A stretch of 64,000 nucleotides of DNA from Dictyostelium discoideum (taxonomy: Eukaryota). Both the position numbers and the translations under genes were made by a program. The DNA is taken from NCBI GenBank assembly GCA_000004695.1, contig CM000153.2, forward strand, positions 2,752,001 through 2,816,000. Direction: 5' to 3'. The notes below the pieces were generated by a model that saw nothing but the letters and a program-made list of their open reading frames with translations, did not search any database and was not told the origin of the DNA. Shown here piece by piece: positions 15,635-27,771 of this stretch (positions within the stretch are counted from its first letter, which is position 1; each line of letters opens with the position of its first letter).

Positions 15635-15690
15635 AAAAATTTCATCAATTAAAAAAATGATATAAATACTGATTCTTACCATTATAAAGT

Positions 15691-15975
15691 ATGCAGGATT
15701 GGGTAGCGGCAACCTGTAATCAAGCGATGCATTCGAGGCGAGGACGAGAGCATTGTTAGGACCTTTGGGACAAGCGACGCATACAGTTGATCCACACTAA
15801 CGTTGGTGTCGACATACTATCAGTCTCTAAGGATTGAAAGTAAGTTGATAATGACCAAGTCAAGGTCCAGGCTGGCAACAGAGCAGACAGAGCGAGGCAC
15901 ATCGATGGGTAGCGAGGAAAGTCGACTTAAAGTCGTCCAAAGGAAATAACAATGTAAACTCGAACAAACCTTTTT
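15691..15975 (+). ncRNA. Candidate signal recognition particle RNA (7SL/SRP RNA), about 285 nt, ending in a T14 run
   Basis: This is a GC-normal island in AT-rich DNA with no ORF. The 5' part GGGUAGCGGCAACCUGUAAUCAAGCGAUGCAUUCGAGGCGAGGACGAG resembles the SRP Alu domain (GCCUGUAAUCCCAGC...GGGAGGCNGAGG). The 3' part CAGGCUGGCAACAGAGCAGACAGAGCGAGGCAC resembles the helix-5 return strand of metazoan 7SL (CAGCCUGGGCAACAUAGCGAGACCCC). A Pol III-type T-run terminator sits at 15971-15984. The exact ends are uncertain. Confidence 0.55.
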
Positions 15976-15984
15976 TTTTTTTTT

Positions 15985-16174
15985 AAAACACCGTAGAGCA
16001 ACATACTCTAACCTAGTGAAGATATGATTAAATGAAAAAGAAGAGAACTATTATTATAGAATGATAGTTGAAAAATATGTGAGAATTTATAAAAAAGAGA
16101 GTAGTTTATAAATTAAAGAAATATTATGGAAAGAAAGTTGAAAAATAAAAATAAAATTTATAATATAAGTGGCC

Positions 16175-16205
<31 letters not shown>

Positions 16206-16390
16206 CCGTAGTGAAGATATGATATAAAGAAAATAAAATAATAAAAAAAAGAATAATAATACTTTAAGTACATTTTAAAAATTTTAAAAAAAATTAATTA
16301 AATTAGTATAAGATAGTAAAAAATGCTATAGCTAACCCATCAATCAAAAAAAAAAGAATATACTGTAACCTAACGATGATATATATGACC
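15985..16390 (+). repeat. Two tandem ~190-nt AT-rich units downstream of the SRP RNA gene. Each begins AAAACRCCGTAG..GTGAAGATATGAT and ends RCC plus a long T-run.
   Basis: Unit B is 15985..16199, starting aaaacaccgtagagcaacatactctaacctagtgaagatatgat and ending ggcc+T25. Unit C is 16200..16390, starting aaaacgccgtagtgaagatatgat and ending ..atactgtaacctaacgatgatatatatgacc+tttg. A shared ATACT-TAACCTA-GATGATAT module sits at the start of unit B and the end of unit C. Confidence 0.4.
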
Positions 16391-16539
16391 TTTGTTATTA
16401 TATTATTTTTACCCATCCCTTTTAAAAAAAAAAAAAAAAAAAATTTTAAGATAATTTTATTTATTTTTATTATTATTATTATATAATGGTATGATTATTT
16501 TTTTTTTTTTTTTTTAAAGTTTAATTTTATTGATTAATA

Positions 16540-16573
<34 letters not shown>

Positions 16574-16631
16574 TTTATTATAATTGATTGATAAAAATAA
16601 TATAACAAAAAAAATTGATTAATATATATAC

Positions 16632-16662
<31 letters not shown>

Positions 16663-17559
16663 TTTATTACAATTGATTGATAAAAATAATATAACAAAAA
16701 AAACTTTGAAAATTGCTTGTTGATTTTAATGTGACAATTTTATTTGATAGATAATAATTAAATAAAATAAAAAAAAAAAAAAAAAAAAATAAAAATTGGA
16801 TTAGACATGTGTTTGGAACTATTTGGATATTTTTAATTAAAGTTCTAAACACATGTTTTGAAATTAAAATTTAAAGTAAACATTTTTTTATCGGAATTAA
16901 AAAAAAATTAAAATTTTTTTTTTTTTATTTTTTTATTTTTTATTTTATTTTTTTTTTTTATTTTATACTTTTACATTTTTTTAAAAACAAATTTTTTTTT
17001 TTTTTATTTTTTTTATCTTATTATTGTAAATAGAATTAAGAAAATACATAAACTGAAAAATTTTAATAGTCACCCTTCCTCATCCTACTCCTCTATCACT
17101 ACCAGTTATTTATAAAATATAATAGTGAAAAGGATCATAAAGATTTATCAGTAAAATTAAGTGAGTAAAAATATAAATACAAATAAAAAAAAAATAATAA
17201 TAAATAATAATATTAATACAAATATAAATACAAATAAAAAAAAATAAAAAATAAAAAATAAAATATTAATAATATAATTTAATGAGTAAAGAAGAATACT
17301 TTAAACTGTATAGATTTAAATACCATTTGTCCAACACCATTAAATAGTTGAAATTACAAGTATTTTTTAGTTGAAAGGTCATATCTTGGGAGATTTTAAA
17401 ATTGGTGCTTATTTGGGTATGTACATTTATTATTTTTATTATTGTTATTATTATTATTATTTATATTATTATTATTATTATTATTATTATTAAAAATTAC
17501 ATTAAAAGCTAATAATCAATATTTTTTATTTAAAGTTTGCTGTATTGACCCATTAGTGG

Positions 17560-17960
17560 AATTACAGGTAAAGTTACTAATGTTAATGATAGGTAACCTT
17601 TATTTGATTTAAATAGATAATCTTTGTACATATAGTATACAGTTCCTAATCACCTGTAAAAAGCAAGAATATTTTGTTTGGATAGGTGATCGGTATCTGA
17701 ATATTGTATGTACAAATGTATCTATTAAATCAAATCAAGGTAACCTACCATTAGCATTAGTAAACTTTGTGGATATCCAAGTCATCTGAATTGTAGTTTT
17801 GATTTTTTGATATGAAGATAATTATTACCATTATTATTATTATTATCATGGTAATAATTATCTCCATATTACAAAATCAAAAGTACGATTGTCAGATGTC
17901 TTATATATCCACAAGATACAGGCAGATTCTATAAAAAACAGATCAAGGTAACCTCTCATC
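17560..17960. repeat. Complex inverted-repeat / palindromic non-coding block (candidate DNA-transposon or MITE relic)
   Basis: taatgttaatgataggtaacctttatttgatttaa (17570-17610) is the imperfect inverse of ttaaatcaaatcaaggtaacctaccattagcattagtaaa (17725-17765). A perfect palindrome gataattattaccat...atggtaataattatc sits at 17810-17875. The motif aatcaaggtaacct recurs three times. The region is GC-normal with no ORF. Confidence 0.4.
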
Positions 17961-18228
17961 AAATTTTTTTTTTGAAAATTAAACAAGGATTTGTTTATGA
18001 TCGATTTATTTTTGTATGAAATGGTATTTGGAAATGGTGATTCTGTATTATAAAAAACTTGAATGAAAGTCTTCTTTATCTTGTAATTTGGACTTATTAC
18101 AAGTTTGTTATAATACAAAATCTCTACACTTCCAAAAACAAATTGATCATTTTTTTTTTTTTTAATTTTTTTTTATATATCCTCCATTTGTTCAAAATAA
18201 AGAAACAAACACAAAAATGAATGATAAA

Positions 18229-18263
<35 letters not shown>

Positions 18264-19153
18264 GTTTTTTATATCTAAAATCATTTGTGTATAATAACTA
18301 AAGTTATTTATAATTTATAAATTAAAGAATTGTTCATTAACTTGTGGGATACTACATATAATATGTAAAAATGAAAAAGAAAAAAAAAAAAAAAAATGAA
18401 AATTAATCAATAAATATTAAAATTTTTAGGTGTGCCCAAACAACTTGAACCCCAATTGCGGTTAATCTGATATTATTTTTATTGCTCCAACTTTTTTAAT
18501 GGGTTATTGTGTCTCCAAAACAATTATTTTACTTTTGGTGTCCCGGCTGATTTTTTTATTTTATTTTTTAATTTTGTTTTTTTTTAGCATTATTTAAGAG
18601 TTGAGTGATTTTTAAGTTGAATCCATTTAATTTATAAAAAACCAACAACATTTTTACCAAGATCAAAAATTAAACTTTTTTACTATTATCTTATCCCAAA
18701 GGTTATAAAAAAAGAAAAAAATCTTAAAATTAAAAATCTAAATAAATTTTAGCCTAAGATCTAAATCAAGATCTGGCAAATAATTTATTAATATCCTGAA
18801 AAAAAAAAAAAAAAAAAAAAAAAATCCAAAACCTTCAACATAATGGCTTTAAAATTTGAAAAACAAATTTTTATTATTATAATTAAGAATCCGAAAAATA
18901 AAAAACAAAATTAAAAAAAAATACACCTACAAATTTATTATGTATATGTGAAGGTTCCCGATTTATTTTTTATAATTTATTTGAGGAAATAAAAAAGAAA
19001 AAAAAAAAAAAAGTTTTATTATTATTTAGGATATGGCACTTAATCCCACTAACAAGTAAAATCTATGATTAAAAATATATTGTTTTAAAATCACCAACAA
19101 ATAGCGGTAATGAATAGATGATCAGTATTATCAAATAATTATGCATTATTATT

Positions 19154-19208
<55 letters not shown>

Positions 19209-20127
19209 AAAAATGATATATATAAAATAGAATTAATAAAAGTTTTAGTAATAGATTATCAAAATTAAAATTTAAAACTTTTATATGATCCAATTGGTAA
19301 TAGTGATTTTGAATATTTTGGTATCATATTTACAAGTATTAATTATTTAAAGTCAAAATATTACTTTTTTTATCTTTTTTTGAAAAAGAAAATATAAAAA
19401 ATATTAAAAAACAGAACAAATATCTAAATTAATTTTTAAACTTATCATAAAACCCATAGTTATTATATTTTTATTAATAAAAATTTGGAAATGGGAAAAA
19501 AAAATAAAAAAAGTTGGCCAATGGATTTTTTAAAATGAATTGCCTGATAGTGATGATGTCGAGAAGAAGAGTGTTAATTATTTTTTTAGTGTTTTTAGAG
19601 TATTAAATTTTAAAATAAAGTATTATATTTAGTTTTTATAAATTTTTAAATAAATTAAAATAAAAATATCTCTATTTTTAAAATATTACCTCAATACATA
19701 TACTCAAAAAAATACTAATTGAAATAACAAAGATTAAAATGTTTTTTTTTTTTTTTATAAAAACAAATATAAATCAATAAAAATTATCATTAATGAATGA
19801 AAAAAACGATATTATAAAAATAAAATTTGATCAAAAAAATTTATTTACATTACAATTAGAAAATTAAATTTACATTTTTAATATTTTTTAAAGTTGTAAT
19901 GAAATATATTTATAAACAACAGGTTCCTATCAAGATCTAGGAATTCTACACTGTAGAATGAAAATTGAAAATTAAGAGTGAAAATTTAATTGCGAAGATC
20001 TAAATTGTTTAAATTGTTCACCAACACATAGAAAGTTCAATAGATTCACAAATAAACACTACAATGGGACACACTCACATCTAATCAAGATATCAAGTAT
20101 GTTCCAAAAAATAATAAAAAGAATATA

Positions 20128-20136
<9 letters not shown>

Positions 20137-20206
<70 letters not shown>
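20137..20206. repeat. (AAT)n microsatellite
   Basis: Perfect trinucleotide repeat. Confidence 0.9.
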
Positions 20207-20212
<6 letters not shown>

Positions 20213-20520
20213 ATAATGATGATTACTTTTTTTTTAAAATTTTTTTTTTTTTTTTTTTTTTTATTTTTTATTTTATCTATTTGTTTTTTTTTTTTGGTGG
20301 ACCAATTTCGCCTTTTTTTTTTTTTTTAAAGTTTTGGAAATATAAAGTGATGTGTATGTGTGTGTTGTGTATTGAATGTATGATTGATTGTAAATACAAA
20401 ATGGACACCAATCTTTTTTTAGGTTCAAAGAATAATACAAAATAATAAAGATTGGATATTTCTATTTTGTTTGAAAATTGTTTGATTTGATGTTTTTTTT
20501 TTTTGATTTCTTTGATTTCT

Positions 20521-20557
<37 letters not shown>

Positions 20558-20560
20558 TGG

Positions 20561-20602
<42 letters not shown>

Positions 20603-20763
20603 TAAAAGCTATTATTTACATTTATAATTAAATATAACATATATTGTAAATTATTGGATGATTTATTATTATTATTATTATTGTTTTATGATTTTAAAAT
20701 TATTTTACTATAATTATGTTTTGAATTAAATTTTAAAATCTAATAGCTAGTATATTTTAGGGT

Positions 20764-21233
20764 TTAATGGAAAAAAGAAAAGTTTGGTTGGAAATCCATA
20801 GTGTTGGTTGAATCTGGGAATGATTTTTGGGCATTTGGATTATTTGGATCGCTTGAGTGAAGTCCTGAGACTCTTCCTAGATTACCTAAATTACCAGCAT
20901 TATTTAAACTATTTGTAAGATTGTTGCCACCAGGTGCGGTTGTGGTTGCTGTTGTTGTATTACTATTGTTACTGGTGTTATTATTATTATTATTTTGATG
21001 ATTATTATTATTTGGATTATTATTATTATTTGAATTATTACCCATATTATTGTTGTTGGTATTTTGGTTATTGGCATTGTTATTATTGTTGTTGGTGTTA
21101 TTATTATTGTTATTAATATTATTATTATTATTATTGGTATTGTTGTTGGTATTATTGTTATTGTTGTTGGTATTATTGTTGGTGCTGTTGTTGTTGTTGT
21201 TGTTATTGTTGCTGCTGTTATTGTTATTGTTGC

Positions 21234-21265
<32 letters not shown>

Positions 21266-22260
21266 ATGTTGCTGTTATTATTATTATTATTATTATTATT
21301 GTTGCTGTTTAAAATACCATTACCAAGTGTATTATGAGTAGGAGAAGCAGATGGACTATCACCTTTTGCCTTTGGTGGTCTACCTCTCTTTTTAGGTGTA
21401 CCATCTGTGTTACTATCGGAAAATGATGTATTATTATAATCAGATTCATTCTCATCCTTTGGTTTCTTGGGTCTACCTCTCTTTTTATTGCTTCCTGGTT
21501 GTGGTACTGGTTTTGGTTGTGGATTACCTTCTTCATCCATCTTTGGTGGTCTACCTCTCTTTCTCTTTGGACCACTGGTATCTTTTGGTTCTGATGGTGG
21601 GTTTTTACGTGGACGACCTCTTGATCTCTTATCTGCTGAATTTGCTGATGATTGAGTTGGTGATGAATTAATACCCAAATTACTATTATTATTATTATTG
21701 TTGTTGTTACTATTATTATTATTATTATTAATATTGCTATTATTATTGTTATTGTTATTATTATTATTTATTGGTTGTGGTAATGATGATTGATTTTGAA
21801 TTGCTAATAAATATTAAATATTTAGTGTATATATATATATTAGAAAATATGAATATTAATATTTTAAATATATTATTTATTAATATTAGTAAAATTTATA
21901 ATTACCTAAACTTAAACCATTTAAATTGGTTCCATGCATTTGTGGTTGACCATTATTATTACCGCTATTGTTTCCATTATTACCACCTCCCATCATATTA
22001 TGACCCATTAATCCTAAACCATTTGGATTCATCAATGGTGGTGGAAGAGTTGTATGTAAATTATATTGTGGTTGTTGCATTTGTGGAGCTTGTTGATGCA
22101 AGTTTTGGATTGGTTGTTGCATTGTTTGCTGTGGTTGTTGTTGTTGTTGTTGTTGTTGTGGTTGTTGTTGTTGTTGTGGTTGTTGTTGTTGTTGTTGTTG
22201 CAATGACTGATTTTGAATTCCGTGAAGTTGTGAAAGATTTGGTAGAGTGGGTGTGCTCAT
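20764..22260 (-). CDS. AT-hook DNA-binding protein with long poly-N/poly-Q tracts, 2 exons: complement(join(20764..21803,21906..22260))
   Basis: Exon 1: MSTPTLPNLSQLHGIQNQSL(Q)n...NGLSLG, ending at donor G|GTAATT in phase 1. Exon 2 starts after the TTATTAG acceptor: ..AIQNQSSLPQPINNNN...SPTQSSANSADKRSRGRPRKNPPSEPKDTSGPKRKRGRPPKMDEE...KKRGRPKKPKDE...KKRGRPPKAKGDS... This carries at least four canonical AT-hook cores (RGRP). The track ORFs on the opposite strand here are low-complexity artefacts. Confidence 0.7.
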
Positions 22261-22962
22261 ATCTTTAAAAAATCGAGATTAAAAAAAAAAAAAAAAAAAG
22301 AAATTAGTATTTTTTTTTTTTTTTTTTTTAATATGATTTATTTGACTTTAATTATTTAATTTTTTTTTTATTTCAAATATTTAAAATGAAAAAAAAAAAA
22401 AAAAAATAAAATAAAAAATAAAAAAAAAAAAATAAAAATTTTATTTTTTTTTTTTTTTATTTTTTTTTTATTTTTTTGAAATTAAGATAATTTTAGAATG
22501 TTACGGTTTTTTGTGCGTCCGTTATATATTAAAAAATACGATGATCACCGCCTTTTAACGGCTATATGATTGTGTCATTGTTTATTTTTGTTATATTTTT
22601 TTTTTTTTTTTTTTTATGTTATTACTAAAACTATTATTATTATTTTTATTATTTTTATTATTTTTATTTTATATTTTTGTTTATTTTTCATTTTTTTTTT
22701 TGTTATGCCATGTCATTACTAAAATATTATTATTATTTTTTTTTTTTTTTTGTTTGTTTATTTTTTTTTTTTTTTGTTTGTTTGTTTATTTTTTTTTTTT
22801 TTTTTTTTTGGATTTTTTGAAAAAAAAAAAAAAAAAAAAAATTATTATTATTTATTTTTAATATTCTTTTTTTTTTTTTTTATATAAAATATATATATAA
22901 ATAAAGACGAAAAAAATTAAAAAAAAATTAAAAAAAAATTAAAAAAATAAACCACTAACCCT

Positions 22963-22997
<35 letters not shown>

Positions 22998-23512
22998 AGG
23001 GGAACTAAACTTTAGGAATAAGGATGGCTTAAATAAAAAAAAGTCAAATCCCTATACAAATACAACTTTGATTTATATTTATCGATGGATCTAAAAAAAT
23101 TATGATTTTGGGCCCTTTTTTTAAAATTTTTGGATTTTATGGGTATTAATTAATTTATTTTATTTTATTATTAATATTTTTATTTAAATAAAAAAAAAAA
23201 AAAAAAAATTTGAAAAAAATTAAAAAAAAAAAAATTAAAAAAAATTAAAAAAAAAATAATTTTAAAATTTCAAAAAAAAATAAAAAAATTTAAAAAAAAA
23301 AAAAAAAATTTCAAAAAAAAAAAAAATTTTTTACTAAATAAAAAAAAAAATAAAAAAAAATAAAAAAAAATAAAAAAAAAAATAAATATTAACAGCAAAA
23401 AAAGTTTCAGTTAAAAAATTCAAAAATTTTTTTTTTTTTTTACCGTGTGTTTTATTACTTTTTTTTTTTTGAACATTTATTAAAATATGAGTTTAGTTTT
23501 TTTTTTAAAAAA

Positions 23513-23551
<39 letters not shown>

Positions 23552-23625
23552 TAATTAATTAAATTGAGGATGATTAATAATTTTAATTCTATTTTTGAGA
23601 TTTTTAAATAATTTTTTTTTTTAGA

Positions 23626-23737
<112 letters not shown>

Positions 23738-23793
23738 TTTTTTTTATTTTTTTTATTATTTTTTTTTTATTATTTTTTTTTTGTCCATATATA

Positions 23794-23826
<33 letters not shown>

Positions 23827-24929
23827 TATTTTTTTGTTATTTAGTATCAGTTAGAGATTAATCTGAATTGAGTTGTAGTTGATTTTTTTTAAATTTCAAC
23901 TATCCGATGTATCTAACTTCATTGATTTTATACGCAGCCAAGTTTTCCCAACCTTTGTCATACTGACTCGACCTTTACATTTTCCGACCTTTCGGCAAGT
24001 TGATGAATTGGTTTCTTTGTCGTTTTTTAGTATGAGCTTAGACTATTTCTGTTACCTGACCATTACATTGTTTGTAATTTCCCCCCTAGAGATTTTCGCG
24101 TACTCAGACCTTCCCATATTATTCTCTCTTTATGATTTTAAAAATTTGTGAGAGATTCCTTTTTTTAATGATTGCCATTTGTTGAATATTACATTGGTTT
24201 CAAACCAATACCAAATAATCAAAATAAAATACCCCATTGACATTTGATTTTGTGATGACTTTTGTGGAAATTTTTCAAAAACGTAAAAAATTTTATGGGA
24301 ACAATCAATTTTTTTTTTTTTTTTTTACTAAAATAAAAAAAAATAAAAAAAATAAAAAAAATATTTTTTAAAAAAGTGTGGAGATGATTATGGTGAAGTT
24401 ATTTAACAGTTTTTATATTGGTTGGTGCAATGATAAGTGATTAAAAAGAATTTGGTAAAAAAGTTATTAATGAATCTTTTTTTTTCAAAATAAAAGAATA
24501 AAAAAAAAAAAAAAAAGAAATTAAATTTTTTTTGAATTGGAAAAAAAAGAAATTAAATAATTATTGAAATAATAAAAATAATAATAATAATAATAAAATT
24601 AAATAATAAAATTAATGTATATTTTTTTTTCCCTATTTAATCTTTGAAATATCAAATAAACAAACAAGTTTTTGTATATAAAATATCTATTTATCTATTG
24701 TTTTTATTATTTTCTTTTATTACCAAATCAATTTTATTTTTTTAATTTTTTTATTATTTTTTTATTTTACAAGATATAATTTTGAATCTATAAATAAATT
24801 AATTGTTTTAAAATTATTTTATAAATGTAAATTTGAAAAAAAAGAATTAAAAAGAGTTTTTGAAAAATGCCCAATTGATGAATTAAAATTTAAAATTAAA
24901 GATTTAAAAAATTCATGTATTTCAATTAT

Positions 24930-25200
24930 TTATTTAAATTTTAATGAATAAAATAATATTATATTTAAAAATGTAAATGAAATTAATGAATTATATAAAT
25001 CATTATTTTTATTAAAATCAGATAGAAATCAAATAATATTAGATTTTATTTATGATCAATATTCAAATAATAATAAAGATAATGAAAAATTTAATTTCAT
25101 TTTAAAATTATTGAAAATGTATTTTGAAAATTGTAATTCAAATCATGATGAATTCTATTCAATGTTATTAAATAATAGGCATTATTAATATAAAAGTAAT
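24930..25200 (+). pseudogene. Frame-disrupted N-terminal fragment of a lineage-specific family gene (paralog of the 26336..29617 gene)
   Basis: One frame reads ..LKSDRNQIILDFIYDQYSNNNKDNEKFNFILKLLKMYFENCNSNHDEFYSMLLNNRHY* and aligns with ITKIERNQKIFDFVYYQYNSDNKNKLKSILKLLGLFYGHSFFEGNEFYSLLAGEK of the full-length paralog. Homology then continues in a different frame (..NSIKFGNFQLFKVM ~ HSFRFGDIELFKEV) into the 25267 ORF. This indicates a frameshift and stop near 25195-25200. Confidence 0.45.
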
Positions 25201-25266
25201 GAACCTAGAAGAAATCAATTATTTAAGAATTCAATTAAGTTTGGAAATTTTCAATTATTTAAAGTA

Positions 25267-26139
25267 ATGTTTAAATTAATAAATTGTTTATTTGATTTTT
25301 ATGAACCCGTTTCAAATGATGGATTTAAACTAATGTTATTTCAATTTGAAAATAATTTAAATTATAAAATCGAATTTATTAAACAAGTTTGCCAATTGGT
25401 TAAAAATAATTCAAATTATTTAAATTTTATATTTAATCAAGTTTTATTGTATGATGATTTAGAGTTAATAGAATTAGGATATAACCAATTAGATAAGCCA
25501 ATGTTAAAAATTGAATTTATAAATCAAGATAATTATAGAGAAAGTACTAATAGTAATAAAAAAGAATGTGAAGCTGAATTTTATTTTATTAGGTCAGAAG
25601 GAGTGTTGGAATTTATTTTTAAAAATTATTTAAAAAATTGTAATAAAATATTACCAATTACCAATTTCATTTATAATGGCAGATTAGATTTAGTTGAAAA
25701 GTATAAATCATTATTATTATCATCATCATCATCACAAGAAATATCATATATTGAACCATCATTTAAATTAGATCCACCAATTTGTTATTCTCATAGACTT
25801 TATTCAATTACTATTGCAATGGAAGCAATGATTGGTTTTATAAATTCACCATCACTTTCAAATGGTTGTGGTGATAGTGATGATGGCGTAATTTTTAAAA
25901 ATGAACATTTCTTTGGTTTAAATAATTTAAAATTAATTTCTGATTTTATTTATTTAATTAATCATAAATTTACAAATCAAAAAGGACCATTCTATTTTAG
26001 TTTTTATGGTCACCCAAGACTAAAATTTTATATTAAAATTTTAATTGCAAGATGGATATATTTTAATAAACCAAATCATTTTGAAAGATTTGGATTTAAT
26101 ATTTTAGATTTATTAATTAAAAAAAATAAAATTTTATAA
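25267..26139 (+). CDS. Truncated paralog (290 aa) of the lineage-specific family protein, corresponding to the central region of the 1093-aa protein
   Basis: MFKLINCLFDFYEP...NQVLLYDDLELIELGYNQLDKPMLKIEFINQDN...FYFIRSEGVLEFIFKNYLKNCNKILPITNFIYNGRLDLVEKYKSLLLS... is collinear with ..FFGQVLLYDDLELIELAYNQLNKPMLKIEHMNE...FHFIRSEKVLEFVFNNCLKNNSKVLPITAFIYNCRLDLVEKYKSLLLS.. in the downstream gene. Whether it is expressed is uncertain, since the upstream homology is frame-shifted. Confidence 0.5.
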   Translation: MFKLINCLFDFYEPVSNDGFKLMLFQFENNLNYKIEFIKQVCQLVKNNSNYLNFIFNQVLLYDDLELIELGYNQLDKPMLKIEFINQDNYRESTNSNKKECEAEFYFIRSEGVLEFIFKNYLKNCNKILPITNFIYNGRLDLVEKYKSLLLSSSSSQEISYIEPSFKLDPPICYSHRLYSITIAMEAMIGFINSPSLSNGCGDSDDGVIFKNEHFFGLNNLKLISDFIYLINHKFTNQKGPFYFSFYGHPRLKFYIKILIARWIYFNKPNHFERFGFNILDLLIKKNKIL

Positions 26140-26335
26140 ATAAAATAAATAAAATAAAATAGAATAAATAAAAAAAAAAATAAAAAAAAATTAGGAAAAA
26201 AAAATCTATTTTAGCTCAAATACTTAGAAAAACATTTTATTTTTTTAATTTATATTTTTTTTTTTTTTTTTTTTTTTTAATTTTAGGTATTTAATTTTTT
26301 TTTTTTTTTTTTTTGTTTCTTTATTTCTGTTAAAA

Positions 26336-26690
26336 ATGGGTATTTCTAAGAGAGAAAAAGAATTATTAAATGTTACAGAAAAATTAAAAAAAGAAAATCA
26401 AGAATTAAAATCAAAACTTTCAACAAGAGAAAAATTAAATAAAAAAAACAATAATAATAAAGAGATTATCATAGAAGAAGAGGTTGAAAATGAAAATGAA
26501 AACGAAAATGGTAGTCAAAATATGGATTGTGGTTTAGAAAAAGAAAAAGATATAGATACAATAATGAAAGAATTAGAAACTAAAAAATATAAAACAATAG
26601 CAAAAATCGCAAAAACAAAGTATGGTGTTCAACAATTGGGTGGTAAAAAATTAGATATTTTAGAAAGAATTAGAGAATCTATTAAATTGA

Positions 26691-26743
<53 letters not shown>

Positions 26744-27650
26744 GAGAAGAATCAACAACAACAACAACAACAACAAAAACAACAACTAATACCAATGAGT
26801 GGTGGTGAAAGATTATTTTGGAAAATTTTTAGAAATAAATATTTAAATAGACAAATTATAAATAAATTATGTACAGGAAAACATTCATTAAGATATGATG
26901 AAGTTTTTAATGTTAGTCGCATGATTGAATGTAATGAAATTGAATTGTTAAAAGACAAAGTTTATAGAAATCAATATTTAACAGGTTTTGAAAAATCATT
27001 ATCAGATTTATTTTCAGCAATTAAAGATGATAAAAAATTCTATATAAGCTTTTTTAAATTTTATCCAAAGATATCATTATTCAGTATTGATTATACTGTT
27101 GGAAATATTTTAAAATCTGATTGTATTGGTGCATTAAAATCATTAGTTGAAGAAAATAATTATAAACCAACTACCGATAATTTTATTCAATCAATTAAAG
27201 ATGGTAGTTATAAAACATTTAAATATATGATGAATCTTTTTGAAAATTCAAATAATAATGAAAATAATAATAATAATAATAAAAATAATAGTAATAATAA
27301 CAATAAAAATAGTATAGAGAAATTTAAATTACCATTCACAGAAAATGAATTTTGGAAATCAATATTTGGATACTGTTTTATAAAACGTGCTAAATTCATT
27401 AACTTTATGATTAACAGATACCATATAAAACCAGCAGCTGTGACACCACTTAGATTTAAAAAAATTTCAAAGTTTTGTCCAATCCAAGAATCATTACTTA
27501 TTAAAGATTTAATAAATATATGTGAATCTATGATTCATTTAAAAGTAAAACCAAAAGGTTTTTATCAAAATATTATTTTTAAAAAATTAAAAAAGAAAGG
27601 TGATAGTAAAAGTAAAAGTAAAAATGATAGTAGTAGTGATAGTGATAGCG

Positions 27651-27699
<49 letters not shown>

Positions 27700-27710
27700 A
27701 AGCGAAAGCG

Positions 27711-27771
<61 letters not shown>

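Noticed and set aside
20934-21671. Several plus-strand ORFs (poly-Y/C, poly-L, poly-V/I) and the minus-strand ORFs 21309..21575 and 21396..21671 overlapping the AT-hook gene
   Set aside because: All are alternative-frame translations of the (AAT/CAA/GTT)n codon repeats that encode poly-N/poly-Q in the real minus-strand gene. The same applies to 21771..22268 (+) opposite exon 1.
24786-24930. Possible further N-terminal coding sequence of family copy 1
   Set aside because: All three frames are riddled with stops and show no recognisable alignment to the 1093-aa paralog. This is probably intergenic or promoter DNA.
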